From the human T2T-CHM13v2.0 reference genome, Homo sapiens: 64,000 nt of DNA. Positions 1 to 14,110 of this stretch are shown here, piece after piece. The translations under genes and the position numbers were made by a program. Location of the stretch: assembly GCF_009914755.1 (NCBI RefSeq), contig NC_060928.1. One strand, given 5' to 3'. The notes under the pieces are model-generated. The model ran no database searches. It was not told where the DNA came from and saw only the letters and a program-made list of their open reading frames with translations. Every line of letters starts with the position of its first letter. Position 1 is the first letter of the stretch.

Positions 1-154
1 TAAGAAAGAATTTAGACCTCCAGTTCTGGGTCACAGTCTACATCTGCTAATTATTCCCTATGTGCCTCAATTTCAGATGGACCATTTGCCTGCATACAGA
101 AATTGGAAGTTGTGTCAAAAGGTGGGTGCTCATGGAAAGATGCCACCTTATAAG

Positions 155-830
155 AATTTATTCGACAAGCGTTAGCTGAGTATCAACGACATGGCAGGTA
201 TTCTTCTTAGGGAAGAAGTCTTATGAACCCCTCCCTCCTAGAGCTTAAATTTTAGCATGGAAAGACAAATTATAATCATGTAAAGGAACAAGATATTTCA
301 TGCTATGACGGATGCTATGGAGGAAATAAAGTAGAAAGTGTCTTCTGAATGGGCACTTAAAAGATGAGAATAACGTATTCAAAGAACAAGGTGAAGAGCA
401 TTTTAGGTACAGGGAAAAACGTGACCCAGAAGTGGGGACTCCGTTGATCTGGAGAGCAGCGAGCCAGACAGATAATTGTCTGAGGCAAGTTTGCAGAAAC
501 AGCATCTAAATCCTGTATGGGGCGTCTCCAGCCATGATAGAAAGTTTGGGTCTTATTCTAGGAGCAGTGGGAAGCCATTAAAGGTTTTGAGTAGCAGATT
601 TGATTTCTGTTTATGAAGGAATAATGGCAACTCTGTGAAGAATGAATTGTAGGAGAAGTAAGGTTACCTGTTAATATTGCAGTTGCTCTGAAAAGAGATA
701 TGGGTAGCTTAGATTAGGCAAATAGAAGTGGGGATGGAGAGAAGCACATGTATTTAAAACTAACGCGATTGTAGATGGATTGGATGAGGTATGTTATAGA
801 ATGAAGGATAACTTCTAGGTTTTCATTTCA
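155..830 (-). mobile_element. L2 LINE fragment (ancient)
   Basis: Degenerate reverse-complement L2 3' end (tttattcgacaagcgttagctgag..ggcaggtattc) and typical L2 motifs (gaagccattaaaggttttgag, gataacttctaggtttt); boundaries approximate. Confidence 0.6.
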
Positions 831-2578
831 TATGAAAAAATTTAGATTAACTGGCTCTGCCTAGATTAGATGACTTAGTCCAATAACAGCAGAAGAATTC
901 ATTCATTTAAGAGCGCATTCAAGGACTCCAGCCTTTGATGTCCAACTAAAAGTATATTCTCTTTTCATAGTGAATTTCAAATATCTCCGCATGTTAGAGT
1001 TGGGGTGAGACTATCCTGAGTTTTGTATTGTCCGTGATCCAAAAAAACCAAAGTCCTTTCCCAATCATTGAAGCCCATCAAGGGTTCCCCCATCCCCTAC
1101 ATTACTTACCCATCGTATTATTTCCTCTTCAGACCATATATCTTGCTTGGTCCATCTCTTTCTCTGTCTATTCCAGCCAACTCTCAACTAACTAACTCAA
1201 ATCCATTTGAGCAAGGATGAATGCAAACTTCAGAAAATCTACTGTGAAATTTGAGCAAGGCAACTACAAAATTTAATATACATGGAAAGACAGAACCCCT
1301 AAAATTTTTCCCAGATTCTGTCTTATAAAATGTATTCCCACTCTCTCTTCTCTCTCTCCACATTTTGTCCAGAAATTCCTTCAAACGTGTGTACTCAAAG
1401 CCGGGCCTTCGTCCAGCTTGAGACTGGGGATCTTTGGTCACCAGAATTACAGAGCTTTCTAGGTAGGACTGGAGCTCTTAGAATACACAAAGGATAAAAT
1501 GTAAGGGGAGGGGAGGGGAAGAGGAGGAGGAGGAGTAGGAGGAGAAGATACAGAAGGAGGTGGCAGATGAACAAAAATACCTTAAGATATGGATTTAAGA
1601 ATTGTCTGAGCAACTTTTTGTTCAAGGTACTATGAAAGGCATTGATTTCTCAGTCCAAAGCTCTGACTTAATTTCTGAAGGTATTTTTTCCGCGTGATGA
1701 CCAACTCTCTCAGCTTGTCTTGCACCGTGCTTTTCTGACTTTGACAATATTAATCCACAACCTGCCTTTTCCCAGCTAAATTCTACTGCCAGCCACCTGC
1801 TGGCCTACTGCCAGGTCTTATAAATCCAACACTTAGGTGAGTATCAATTATAAAACAGGCCCTGGCACCTCCATTCTTCAACCTGGCTCCCTGGAGAAAT
1901 TATTTTGTAAGGTAGTTTTTAGTGTTTCGTATTAGGCTGATGAAGCCCAAGGGCCACTGCTAGCCACATTTTGTTGATTATAACTACATACGTTCCTTCT
2001 TAACTAAAGTCATATCAACAAATAAATGAGCAACATGGTACTTTAAAATACTTCCCATAATTATATGTTGTTTGAATAATAAAGAAAAAAATATAATTTT
2101 CTCTTCCTGAAATTCAAATTTCAGGATGTCATGAAAGCCCATGGGTCCATTCGCTGAACTGAATATTTACACAGTTTTTAAACATGTGGTGAGAACAGAA
2201 ATGAAGAAAGAGAATAATCAATGAGATGATTTAATTTTTAAAAATAGATTGAGAAGATTAGTTCATTATTGCCTTTCGTTCTAATTCCGTTACCCCAGAA
2301 TGCCAAATAATACTTCAAGAATTGACTGCAAATAACCAATGGTGGCAAGTCATTTCTTAACATCATATCAAGGTAAAAATGATATAGGATATCTATTCTA
2401 TAATAATAAATTTCTAACTATAAATAAACTCTTGCAAGAGTGTTTCATATTGTGTCTTTTAAAAATAAACGAATTTCTGATCCATTGCTAACTAGTTAAG
2501 CTAAAATGGCTTTTACTTAATATTTTAAAATACGGTCTTTTGCATTCAAATACTTCAAAGCGATTTCTTTCCTTCAGG

Positions 2579-2581
<3 letters not shown>

Positions 2582-2616
<35 letters not shown>
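2582..2616 (+). repeat. A35 mononucleotide tract
   Basis: 35 consecutive A, no Alu/L1 body adjacent. Confidence 0.95.
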
Positions 2617-2618
<2 letters not shown>

Positions 2619-2728
2619 ATAACTCGTATGGAACCAAGTCTCAATTACCCACATTTGAAAAACTCACATTGGCAATTCTTCATGGAAGCATTTAATTCCA
2701 GTCTCACCTACCCCTGCCGCCCACTTCT

Positions 2729-2748
2729 GGGCTGCCCCCTGCCGCTGT
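2729..2748 (-). promoter_or_regulatory. Candidate CTCF motif
   Basis: Minus strand GCGGCAGGGGGCAGC, near the CTCF core CCASYAGRKGGCRS. Confidence 0.35.
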
Positions 2749-4613
2749 CAGTTGGCATGCATTCAAGGAATACAAACATATTTTAATATTAGTTCTAGCA
2801 ACGCATTAGCAAGAAGGGAAACCTCCCAGGGGAAATTCACATAATGTATTCTAAAGTCAAATATCAAGTGATTTTGGATTATCGGTGCCACCATAGGATT
2901 CCATTCAGACAGATAATTGAGAATTGACTATACTACAGTGTTCATAAACTATGGACCACATGTAGTCCATGAGAAAAAATGATTTCTAAGACACAAATTA
3001 AAATAAGGAAGCCAGACAGTGCTGTGAAAAACAGTGGGTCTTCATAGAGAGGGAATTAGAGCTGACAAATGTTTTTGCTTTTTCTTCCTGCATGAGAATA
3101 TGAAGTTTTAAATGATATGCAGCTAGAAGCAGATGAAATTATAGCTCTCAGACACTTTATAATTCTGAAACAGATATTTGATTGATTGCAAGGTGGCATC
3201 GCTGCTGGCAGTTTTTTGTCGGCACATTTTGATGATAGTTTCTTAGGTGAACTTCAAGTACATCAGTGACACACACTCCGTTTCAGATACATTGAATGAT
3301 TTTGAAGCTAATAATTTATGAGAGCTTTTGGAGCAAGTTATTAGGTTTGAGTCAAGAGAGATTTATTTTGTTTAATCCTAGGTTCCTTGTTGTGTGTTCT
3401 GTTTATCTCATCTGATTTTGCTAGTAAACAAATATGTAAAACTTTAATGTGGATTTTTTCCCCTTTATAACAAACAGTGCCTCTGCCTAATGAAGTGTCC
3501 CATTTGAAACACTTTTACTAGTCCGTGGTTTGTAGCCATTTTGTTTCTTGAGTAAGAGGACAGATAAAACAAGGCACCTCAAGTTGGGGTTCCATCAAGA
3601 AGTAACGGAAAGAAAAATTAAAAATTATTTGTCCTTAATTAGGAGATTAAAGGATCACCTACCCCAGAATGTATTACTTCTAGGTATTTTTATTTTAAGT
3701 TAAGGATAATAGTCGATTTTAGAAAATGAAGTGCTCTTCTGAGGCTTTTAGAGGCTTTAAGTGACAAATCAAGAGGAAATTGAAGTGTATTATGAGACAA
3801 GGTCTAAATTCAATCTTTTAAAAAGAGTCCTTTGGGTTACGTTTTATTTTCAGAACCTGATGAATGCTGCATATACCAAATATGTTTAAAATTAAAGATA
3901 TTTTTAATTATTTTTACATTACAGCAGAATAACAATGGAAAGAAATTCAGCATGTGTAAATCTATTTTATGCAAATAGTCCTAGATCATTTCTACTCGTA
4001 TTTTCTTAATGACATACTTTGATTTGAAGAAAGAAATATATGTTTTCATGCTATTTTTCACGTGTCTGCAGCCATTCTTTTTGCATAAAGAAGATCCACT
4101 GAGAAGCACCATTATTCTGCAGAAAAAGTGCACATATATGCAAGGAGTAAATATAATGATGGGATAGTTCTCTTCACCATGTCTTGGAAACATACAGAGG
4201 AAGCTTTCACACACGGCCTGTTATTGCCACGGTTTCCCTATCTGACATTTTCTCTCTGGTGGCCACTGCAAAGGTCTTGCGTTCTTATGCATTGAGTGCA
4301 AATCTATTTTTTTAGACCATGATAGTGTGCGTGTGAGTGGCCTCTAGAGGCTTGTCAACTCAGATAGCTCCTTTCAGGCCAGCTCCTACTTCTCCCTTCG
4401 TATAGCTTCATTTAGCTGTCGCAGCTTCTTTTTCCTTCTTCATGGCCATTGATTAGTCCAAAATCTATTATATTGTCTGAGAAACTCGTGCTCACAGTAC
4501 AACTGCACACCATCATTAAAAATTAGCATTCTTCTGATTAATTTACCATTAAACACATTTTTTATCACGTTGGTTATTTTAGTAAAAAGCTATTCTACAG
4601 AAATGGCACCTGA

Positions 4614-5095
<482 letters not shown>

Positions 5096-5429
5096 TTATT
5101 CCTGCTGCTCTTGCTACTTCACATTTCATTTTTCCTAAATATTATTTGACCCATCCAGATTCAAAACCTTAATCATCTGCCAGTAAGCCCTGCCCATGTG
5201 CACAAATGATCCTACCCCCATTTTTTAGCACTTTATTCTTAAATGTAATGAGTTAGTTGAGAATTCTAAAACATTGGAGAAAAGCCTCTTCATGTGAAAG
5301 GCAGAAAAGCAGAACAAAATGAGGAAGTAAAATAAAATCAGAGAAAAGAGAAAAAGTACAGAAAGCAGAATACTTCAAAGTAACCATAATTAATATCTTC
5401 AGAAACATAAAATATGACATTTTATATAG

Positions 5430-5885
5430 AGAGAAAGAAATGACTCATACAAATATCCAAAGTTGAAAAAATAGTAGTAGGTTTGGAAGACAAAGTTGAA
5501 GAAATCTCACAGAAAATAAAGAAGATGATCAGTAGTAACATAATCTATATTATTTAGAGGATCAATCCAAAATATGTAATATCTAGGATAATCTATGTTA
5601 TTTAGAGGATCAATCCAAGATATGTAATATCAAACTAATAAAAATTCCAAAAAGTTGAAATAAGAAAATATAAAATCAAAAATTATTTTAAACATGTACA
5701 AAAACATGCAAGAATTAAAAAGCATTCACACCAAGTAAAACTGTTGTGGAATTTCTGAACACCAGGAGTAAAGAAATAATCCTAAAAGCCTCTAGAGAGT
5801 AAAGATCATTAATATGAAAGACAATTAAACATGAGATTTTCCCACTTAGTACACTGGACACTAAGAAAATGAAACAATGCCTTAG
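5430..5885 (+). mobile_element. Old L1M fragment (ORF1-region-like)
   Basis: A-rich, motifs gaagacaaagttgaagaaatctc, tttagaggatcaatccaa, aataatcctaaaagcctctagagag. Confidence 0.45.
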
Positions 5886-5950
5886 TTATAGTTAACTTTC
5901 TTATTCAATATCTTAAAATAATATTTGCTCCAAAGATATCCCAACTTTTT

Positions 5951-6669
5951 TTTTACCTTGTAATTTCCATTGATATTTATTTATTTTTTCTTTTTTTTAT
6001 TATACTTTAAGTTTTAGGGTACATGTGCACAATGTGCAGGTTTGTTACATATACATATACATGTGCCATGTTGGTGTGCTGCACCCATTAACTCGTCATT
6101 TAACATTACATATATCTCCTAATGCTATCCCTCCCCCGTCCCCCCACCCCACAACAGGCCCTGGTGTGTGATGTTCCCCTTCCTGTGTCTATGTGTTCTC
6201 ATTGTTCAATTCCCACCTATAAGTGAGAATATGCGGTGTCTGTTTTTTTCTCCTTGCAATAGTTTGCTGAGAATGATAGTTTCCAGCTTCATCCATCTCA
6301 CACCAGTTAGAACGGCGATCATTAAAAAGTCAGGAAACAACAGGTGCTGGAGAGGATGTGGAGAAATAGGAACATTTTTACACTGTTAGTGGGACTGTAA
6401 ACTAGTTCAACCATTGTGGAAGTCAGTGTGGCGATCCCTCAGGAATCTGGAACTAGAAATTCCATTTGACCCAGCCATCCCATTACTGGGTATATACCCA
6501 AAGGATTATAAATCATGCTGCCATAAAGACACATGCACACGTATGTTTATTGCAGCACTATTCACAATGGCAAAGACTTGGAACCAACCCAAATGTCCAT
6601 CAGTGATAGACTGGATTAAGAAAATGTGGCACATAAACACCATGGAATACTATGCAGCCATAAAAAAAT
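5951..6669 (-). mobile_element. L1PA (about PA4-PA6) 3' fragment with 5' inversion (twin priming)
   Basis: 5976-6296 is the L1 3' end on minus; 6293-6669 is the ORF2 C-terminus on plus (HLTPVR..KKSGNNRCWRGCGEIG..WIKKMW..YYAAIK); TSD gatatcccaacttttt at 5935-5950 and 6670-6685. Confidence 0.93.
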
Positions 6670-8914
6670 GATATCCCAACTTTTTAACATTTCTTTCGGT
6701 TTTCATCTGATTGAGGGAGTACAGGGTTTAAAATTAACTGAGAGGTGTTCTCAGAAATATAATTTCCACGTGGATTCCTCAGGAAGCTTTTTGATGATGT
6801 GCCTCTCCCAAGCAAAAGATTAAACCAAGAAAGAGGGAGATATAGTCAACCCTAGGAGGAAGATAAGAGCCATCTCAGAACATTAATAAACAGACATACC
6901 ACGTGACAATTTTGAAATGGGAGGAGCAAGGAAACATTTTAAAGTAGAGACGCCATTGGAGCAAGTATGATTTTATTGTCAATGTTCATTGACAAGCTCT
7001 TGCTCCAGGGCATTTGTGATATTAAAAGTATGACTGAAAGGGTTTACAAGAGGCAAATATGCAAGTTAATGATAACATTTATTCTAAATCTCCTTCCCTT
7101 AGAATCAAGGTAAAAACAGAAGGTAACTGGAGCCCAAAGGAGGATGGGTAATCCTGTCAGCCTGGAAGGCATTCTGGCAGAGTTGACATCTGTGTAATGG
7201 GGCGATGGTAACACATCCTTCACAAACATCCATGCTTCCAAAGAGTGGCACTGAGAATGCTGGAACTTCAGCTTACTTGCTGTCCCTGAACATACACATT
7301 TCCTTCATCTCCGCCCTCACCCCCTTACCCTATACTCCCACCCCAACCTACTGGCTGCCCCGCCAGAGGTCCCTTTGACTAGGGAGAAACAGTGCCAATG
7401 GTAAGTCACCTGGACTGGAAGCCGGAGGCTCAGCTCCAGGGGCACGAACATGAAAGAGACAAGGGACTGCTGGCAATCGCCAGGAGGATGACTCACATCC
7501 TCTTTATTCTCCAGCGTAATGACATGAACATGCAATCATGCCATTTTACATCATTGTTATCCTCGGTAGTACTTTTCCCTGCACGCACTGTGCTTCTTTA
7601 AATAAGGTTTCTGGTGGGGCTTACCAGTATGGACCAGAGCCTGCATGAAGCCACCAGCCTCTCTCCAACACAGGTCTGTGTTAGGCCAAGCTCTGTGCTC
7701 AGCCCTTCCAGGCATGTATGCATATGAATGTGTTTGGTTTTGTGAGCATGTGTATTTTCTTTTCTAAAATGGATCATATGGTATATTCTTTTTAAAATTA
7801 TTTCACTTTTTCCTGTATCCCAGATTCTTAGGTAATGGCCTGACTTATTCCAGGAAAACACATAATAGGCTCTAAGTGATCCCCATTTCCTCCACTGGAT
7901 CCCCACGACCCATGCTTTGATTAATCCTGTTCAAAATTTCCCTGTGCTTGGGGTGGGGACAGACTTGCATATTTAATAGTAATCTTATCTTGGTTTCCTC
8001 AGCCCATAAAACAAGGAAGCTGGGTTAGATCCTCTATAAATATCTTTTCAGCACTGAATTTCTCTGATTCTGGTACACCTAATACCCAAATGTGATTTTT
8101 AAAAACCATACAGTTTTTTTTTTCTTTTAACAACTTAAAGATATAATGGGTATAATGTGTCTCGTCAGCATTTCCCATGGTGACAAGAGTGCTCGGGGTT
8201 CATTTTACACTTCTGATTTTCCAATAAAGTGTTAGATAACACTTCCAATTGACTAAAAAATGTGGTAACCTAAACAAAAGAGTAACAGTGTATGGGAGAC
8301 AGTATGTTTTCACTGAAGTCACAAAATGTCTTTTCATAAAGTCCACAGAAGGGACTACAGTAATGTTCATGAGAAACAGATTTTTTTCCCCAGTATGAGA
8401 TTTGGATTATAACATGAATTCCCTGGATTCAAATTATTTTCTTTTCAGGAATCTAAATTTCAGTTTACGAAGATTCTCTACTTTGATCATAGCCAATGAC
8501 TAGTACCACCTACCTACAGCAAACAAGCTAAATGCTCTTAATCAAAGGTGGCATTCAAATGGAAATCAACTTCTAGCATCTCTGTAATGGAATTATTGCA
8601 AATTCTCTACCAAAAGAACTAAATAAGCACATGCTCTGCAACCATCTTTTTGTGACTGAACAGTATGAATTGATGGTGGTCAATGATCGAGTCTTTCTGA
8701 ATGTTGCTTGTTGCTCAGGTCCAGTGCATGCTGACACTGATGCACTGATATATCCTAGATACCTACAGGGCAGAGGAACATGAAATGACTGGCATTAAAA
8801 ATATGCCATGGTATGACCACAAGGTTGCAGAGGAAGAAGAGAATGGATATTGAAAGATAGCCTAGAGTCTATCCAAGTCTTTTATATGTCATTAAATACA
8901 TTCCTCAGAATTTC

Positions 8915-9060
8915 TCTAAGCAGTATTTATTATTACTCTAGTTTTATAGCAAATAAAAAAAAATTTGGAGAGACTAAGTAACGGTCCCATATTTACATGC
9001 TAATGACAAGCGGTGTTAGCATTTGAATTCAGATCTATCAGGCACAAAGTCCATGCTCTC
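8915..9060 (-). mobile_element. MIR fragment
   Basis: MIR core (gagactaagtaac..atttgaattcagatct). Confidence 0.55.
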
Positions 9061-9982
9061 CTGCAAACTACCCATACTTTAATAATTTATATGTTTTGTG
9101 CATGATGTCCCCATTCCTGTAAGTGGGCTCATTCCCCATTACCTTTCAGATGATTAGTGCTATTAAATATCTCGGAGTTACTGGGTAAGGAACTCAGCAT
9201 ATATTGATAAAGTGAAGCACCTTGATGGATTTTACAACATTGGTGAACAGGAGCAAGGAATTTTCTTTTTTTCCCCCACCCCTGGGAAGCAGGTTATGGT
9301 AGCATGCTCCCATTCTCTCTTGACTAAAGCAGAAACAAATTCTTAAAGTGAATGTGGAGTTACCCCAACTCAATTTCCAATGGATTGAGGAAGCATATAT
9401 TTTGTTCCTGCTCTTTCTGGAAGATCTAATACAAAAAACCTGAAGGAAGTAAAAATGCATCCTGAGAATGAGGATTTCTTTTTCTAGTTACAATTAGTGA
9501 AGGTCTTACTTGAAATAAATGCACAATTTGAGGCAGATACACACTCAGGGACTGGCAACTTTGTATGGCACATTCACATAATGTTTAACGTGGGCTGCTA
9601 CTTAGGTCTTCCTGGAAATGTTGTCATCCTTTTTGATCACACTAATAATACACTATGAAGCGTTGCTCTGTGGGATGTAGTTAAAGCTTATTTGAGCTTC
9701 GGCAACCACTGGCACTTTTCCTGGGGGAAAATATCAGAACATTTTTATTTTTATCTCAATCACTCCAGAAAACTTCATGGAGAATAGCCTCTGTCAGGGA
9801 TATAGGGCAATCGTTGTCACAAACAGTGTTTGAAAAGAGATGGCCTAAATCGTCAATATACTGTGCTGGGAAATGGGAAATGGTGAATAAAAAGGTTCAA
9901 CAGTAAATGTCTAAACTTTCTTTGAACCAGAATTGCTGAGGTTTTATTTGTTATTTTGTATTTTGCAAAATAGGCAGTTAAT

Positions 9983-10002
9983 AATATATATATATATATA
10001 TA

Positions 10003-10040
<38 letters not shown>
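9983..10040. repeat. (TA)n(TG)n microsatellite
   Basis: Direct reading. Confidence 0.95.
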
Positions 10041-10042
<2 letters not shown>

Positions 10043-11406
10043 AATTTTGCCTGTATTCTTTCCAGCAAATATTATCACATGAGTTTTGAAAAATATTCAA
10101 GGTGTTTCCTTGGTTTTTAGTTCTTGGTTCAAAAGATTAGGCCGTAAGTTATTTGCAGATGTTTATGTGGGGTGGGAGGAGGTGAGAGAGACAGAGAGAG
10201 ACAGTGTGTGTGTGAATGTGTTTAAATGTAAAGAACATTAATACATACCTCTAAGAATAGAAAGAGTAATTTTCTTCCTGACATTGAGCAAATATATTTC
10301 AGTAAATATGGGAGAAAATAAGATAAGGGAAGTTTTCCTAATTTCATCCAAAAATGCTTATGACATAAATCATACTGGCTCTTTCGAATAGTCAAACTGG
10401 TAACTCTTCATTCTTTGGCAGAAAACTACACTGACTTTTCCCCAAGCATGATTAAGTCTATTGAGAAAAACAGATTAAAATATATGATGGCATATCGTTT
10501 TATAAGCATTTCCTGTGTCATTAGTGTTAGCAGTATCTTTCCGATATCCATTTCTTTATTGTTTAGAAAGTGATGGTGCAATAGAAAGCCGATTTGCTCA
10601 TGAATGCAAAGGTTCTAATCCCTGATTCAGAAACATCATTAGTTCCTCTCGTAAGAGCTTCCTCAAAGCACTCACTATAAAGTCCTGTCAACACTTGTAA
10701 TAATTTTCTATAAACCAAAAGCTTCTCTGAGTTATTATTTTGAGAACGTGCCATATCGTAGGCTGTAGCTTTAGCTTTGTATGTTTTCTGCATTCTCAGT
10801 TACTGGGGGGAAAATGGGCTTTATTATTATGTTCTTCTGGGTGGTTGAGAAGAGAAAGATTTACTGTGTAAGAGATGAAGGGACAGAAACAGTAGTAGGA
10901 GTCGGAGAGCAAAAAGGCAGCGAAACCACTTCCTTAGGACAAACTTCGGAGGTCCCGGAAGTCTTTCCGTATTCCAATGTGGGCTTTCCCAAAACTGGCT
11001 TATTTACAACAAGTTTGCTAATTCATTTGATTTCATGATTTAGGGAGTTCCATGTGTAAACACGTGCGTGTGCACACAGATACGCACGCACCACACACAC
11101 ACCACACACACTTCCTTTTGTCGATGGTGCTTTTTCTGACTCCCTTCTAGGCCCTTCCTGATGAATAAAAATATCCCTGCACAAATCATGTTTGATTTTT
11201 GAACTGCTGAAAATCACTTGATATGGGGCTTGAACATTTTGGTTTGGAGTTATGTTGTTCCTTTCATCCTTGTAGAGAATTATTTTTAAATGAATGGCCT
11301 TGGGACAATTAGGCTAGTCTCTGTATCTTAGATCCTGAAGATCCAGAAAATTTTAGAGTACATTTAAGCTCTTTACCTGGCAAGTCAGGTCGCTATTATA
11401 GTCATT

Positions 11407-11882
<476 letters not shown>

Positions 11883-13249
11883 AATAGAAGGGTCTTTATT
11901 CCCATGGAGTTTGTAGTTTAGTGGGTCATGCTGTCAAGTAATTGTGAAGCAACTAGATGAAGCTGGGGACAAACTCATAATTCTGAAGCCTGAAATTCAG
12001 GACTTCTCCCTTTAAGTGGGCTCTTAGCGCTGCCCAGCAATCCTGCTCCATCCCCCCGCTCTCTGAGTTGACTACTTTACCCTTCTGTCCTCTCTGCCAG
12101 CTCTCCATGCCTCCTCCCCTTTACTTGCCTTCAGCTACTGACTCTGCTCCCTTTTTTCCCCTGTCTTCCCTCATGCGGCTCTAACTGTATAGAAACCTAA
12201 CCTAATGATTCTGTGGTTGGGCTAGCAGGAGGAGGAAGAGGATAAGTAGAACAGTACCATGGAAAATCAGAGGCTGAAGCCAGCCCAAGATGAGGAAAGG
12301 TAGATGCTTTCCATTGGATAAATATTTGGCACTTACGTAATTACTAGAATAGAGTGAAATCCACATCACTCTGATCTGGACTTTTGTCTAAGGACCCACT
12401 GAAAAGCTGCGGGCGGTGTCTGCCTGAATGTCAGTCTCATGTACAGCTAAAGAAAACATTAACAGAGTGAGTTTAACGGGGAGGGCTGAGAAAGAATAAG
12501 CATGCTTCCTGCTTGTAACTCACTCAGTTAGGCTTCGTCAATCAATTGGTTACAATTACATGCATAATAATAGTTTGATGATGAGCAGAATAATTATAAT
12601 GTTACTAATATCTATGATGAGAACATAAATTGAGAAGATTCAAGAGAATCTAGTTCACCTCTGAACTTAAGATAAATTCTTCCTAGAATTGAAGAAAATG
12701 TTGTCATTGTGTGGCTATAGTCCCAAACCAGACATTCTGTCCATTTCCAATGTCTACATCCCATTTCACCTCATGGATGTTATTAAATTCTTTATTAATT
12801 TAGCCTTCTGAAAACACTGTGCCAATGAGAGGAGAATGTTTGATGCAAAATAATGAATCTTCGATTTCTAAAGTGGAAAACGTTTCATACTGAAGTTGAC
12901 AACCTGTTAAATAGTCCCTTTGAAATAGTGGCTGATACGGAAGCAAGTTGGCTTTAAAGAAAGGACTTAAATGGCTAATCCAGCTCCAAGTGCTTATTCC
13001 AGAAGAAGAACTCAGCTTGATTTTGTTTTGCCATCTATTGTAACATCAGTTTACTTTGGATCAGTTTATTTTTAATACTTTGAATGCGTCTCTGCACTTA
13101 GCCAGATTAAATGTCACCACTTAAAATTGACAAGAGATAGAATTTAACCGGTAATAATTTTATATTTTTATCATTTTCCATAGTACAGTGTATTTTTTAA
13201 AGTATGAACCTTTTCTAGCAGTATTGCCTGTTATTAATAATGACAATAA

Positions 13250-13490
13250 TGAGTGCTAACATTTATTGAGTGATTCCTACATGGTAGGCAGACCAAACAC
13301 TTTAAATGCATTGCCATATTTCATCCTCATAACCATGAAGTAGATACTATTATTTTCTTCACTTTACAGAGGAGAAAGGTGAGGTTTATAGAGGTTCGCA
13401 GACTGGTGCAACGCCACATAGCTAGTTACTGCTTGAGTTAGGGTACTAATCGAGTTCTGTCTCATTCGAGACTATATTATCTTAGCCACT
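13250..13490 (-). mobile_element. MIR
   Basis: gctaacatttattgagtg..tttacagaggagaaaggtgagg. Confidence 0.75.
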
Positions 13491-13639
13491 AAAAATTAGT
13501 TGCTTCTTATTGTAAGTGGACAGAAAAGTACCATACTTGGCATTCTGCTCCAACTGTGTTAATTCCTATGATTTGCTTTATTTAAGGTATGATCAGTTTT
13601 AGAAATTTGAAATCCAATTTAAATAACTCAACAAGCAAC

Positions 13640-14110
13640 CATATTTAATTGATAAAAACAAATAAAATTCTTCAATATAAGCAAGTTAGTGATCTCTGCT
13701 TCTAACTTAGGCTTTCCCTTGTGTATTAATCAACGTTGTAACAAGTATCCTTAATGCCTCAATTACGAGATACAGAAAAGGTTAGTTCAAGTTTAGGTTG
13801 CAGTCCAGTGAAGATTAGCCCATTCTCTCTTCCAGGTGTTCTATCTGTGTGTCTACCATCTCCTAAAGCCTTGGAATTCTCCCCTATATCCTGTACCTCT
13901 GGCCAGATATTGAATGAAATGAATGTGGAAGATCAGACTAGAGATCTGAATAGCATACATCATACATCACTTCTGCTCACATACTATGGGCCAGAACTCA
14001 GTTGGGTGACCACACTTAAATGCAAGGGAGAGTGGGCCATGAAGCTTGGCAGTGAACCTAGAAGAGAGAACATGGGTATTGATGAATAAATAACTAGCCA
14101 GTCTGCCATG
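13640..14110. mobile_element. Old MaLR LTR (MLT1K/L-like)
   Basis: catcacttctgctcacat..ggccagaactcagt..aatgcaagggag motif typical of old MLT1. Confidence 0.5.

Noticed and set aside
6168-6671. ORFs with L1 ORF2-like peptides
   Set aside because: Truncated, inverted L1 fragment with stops; not a gene
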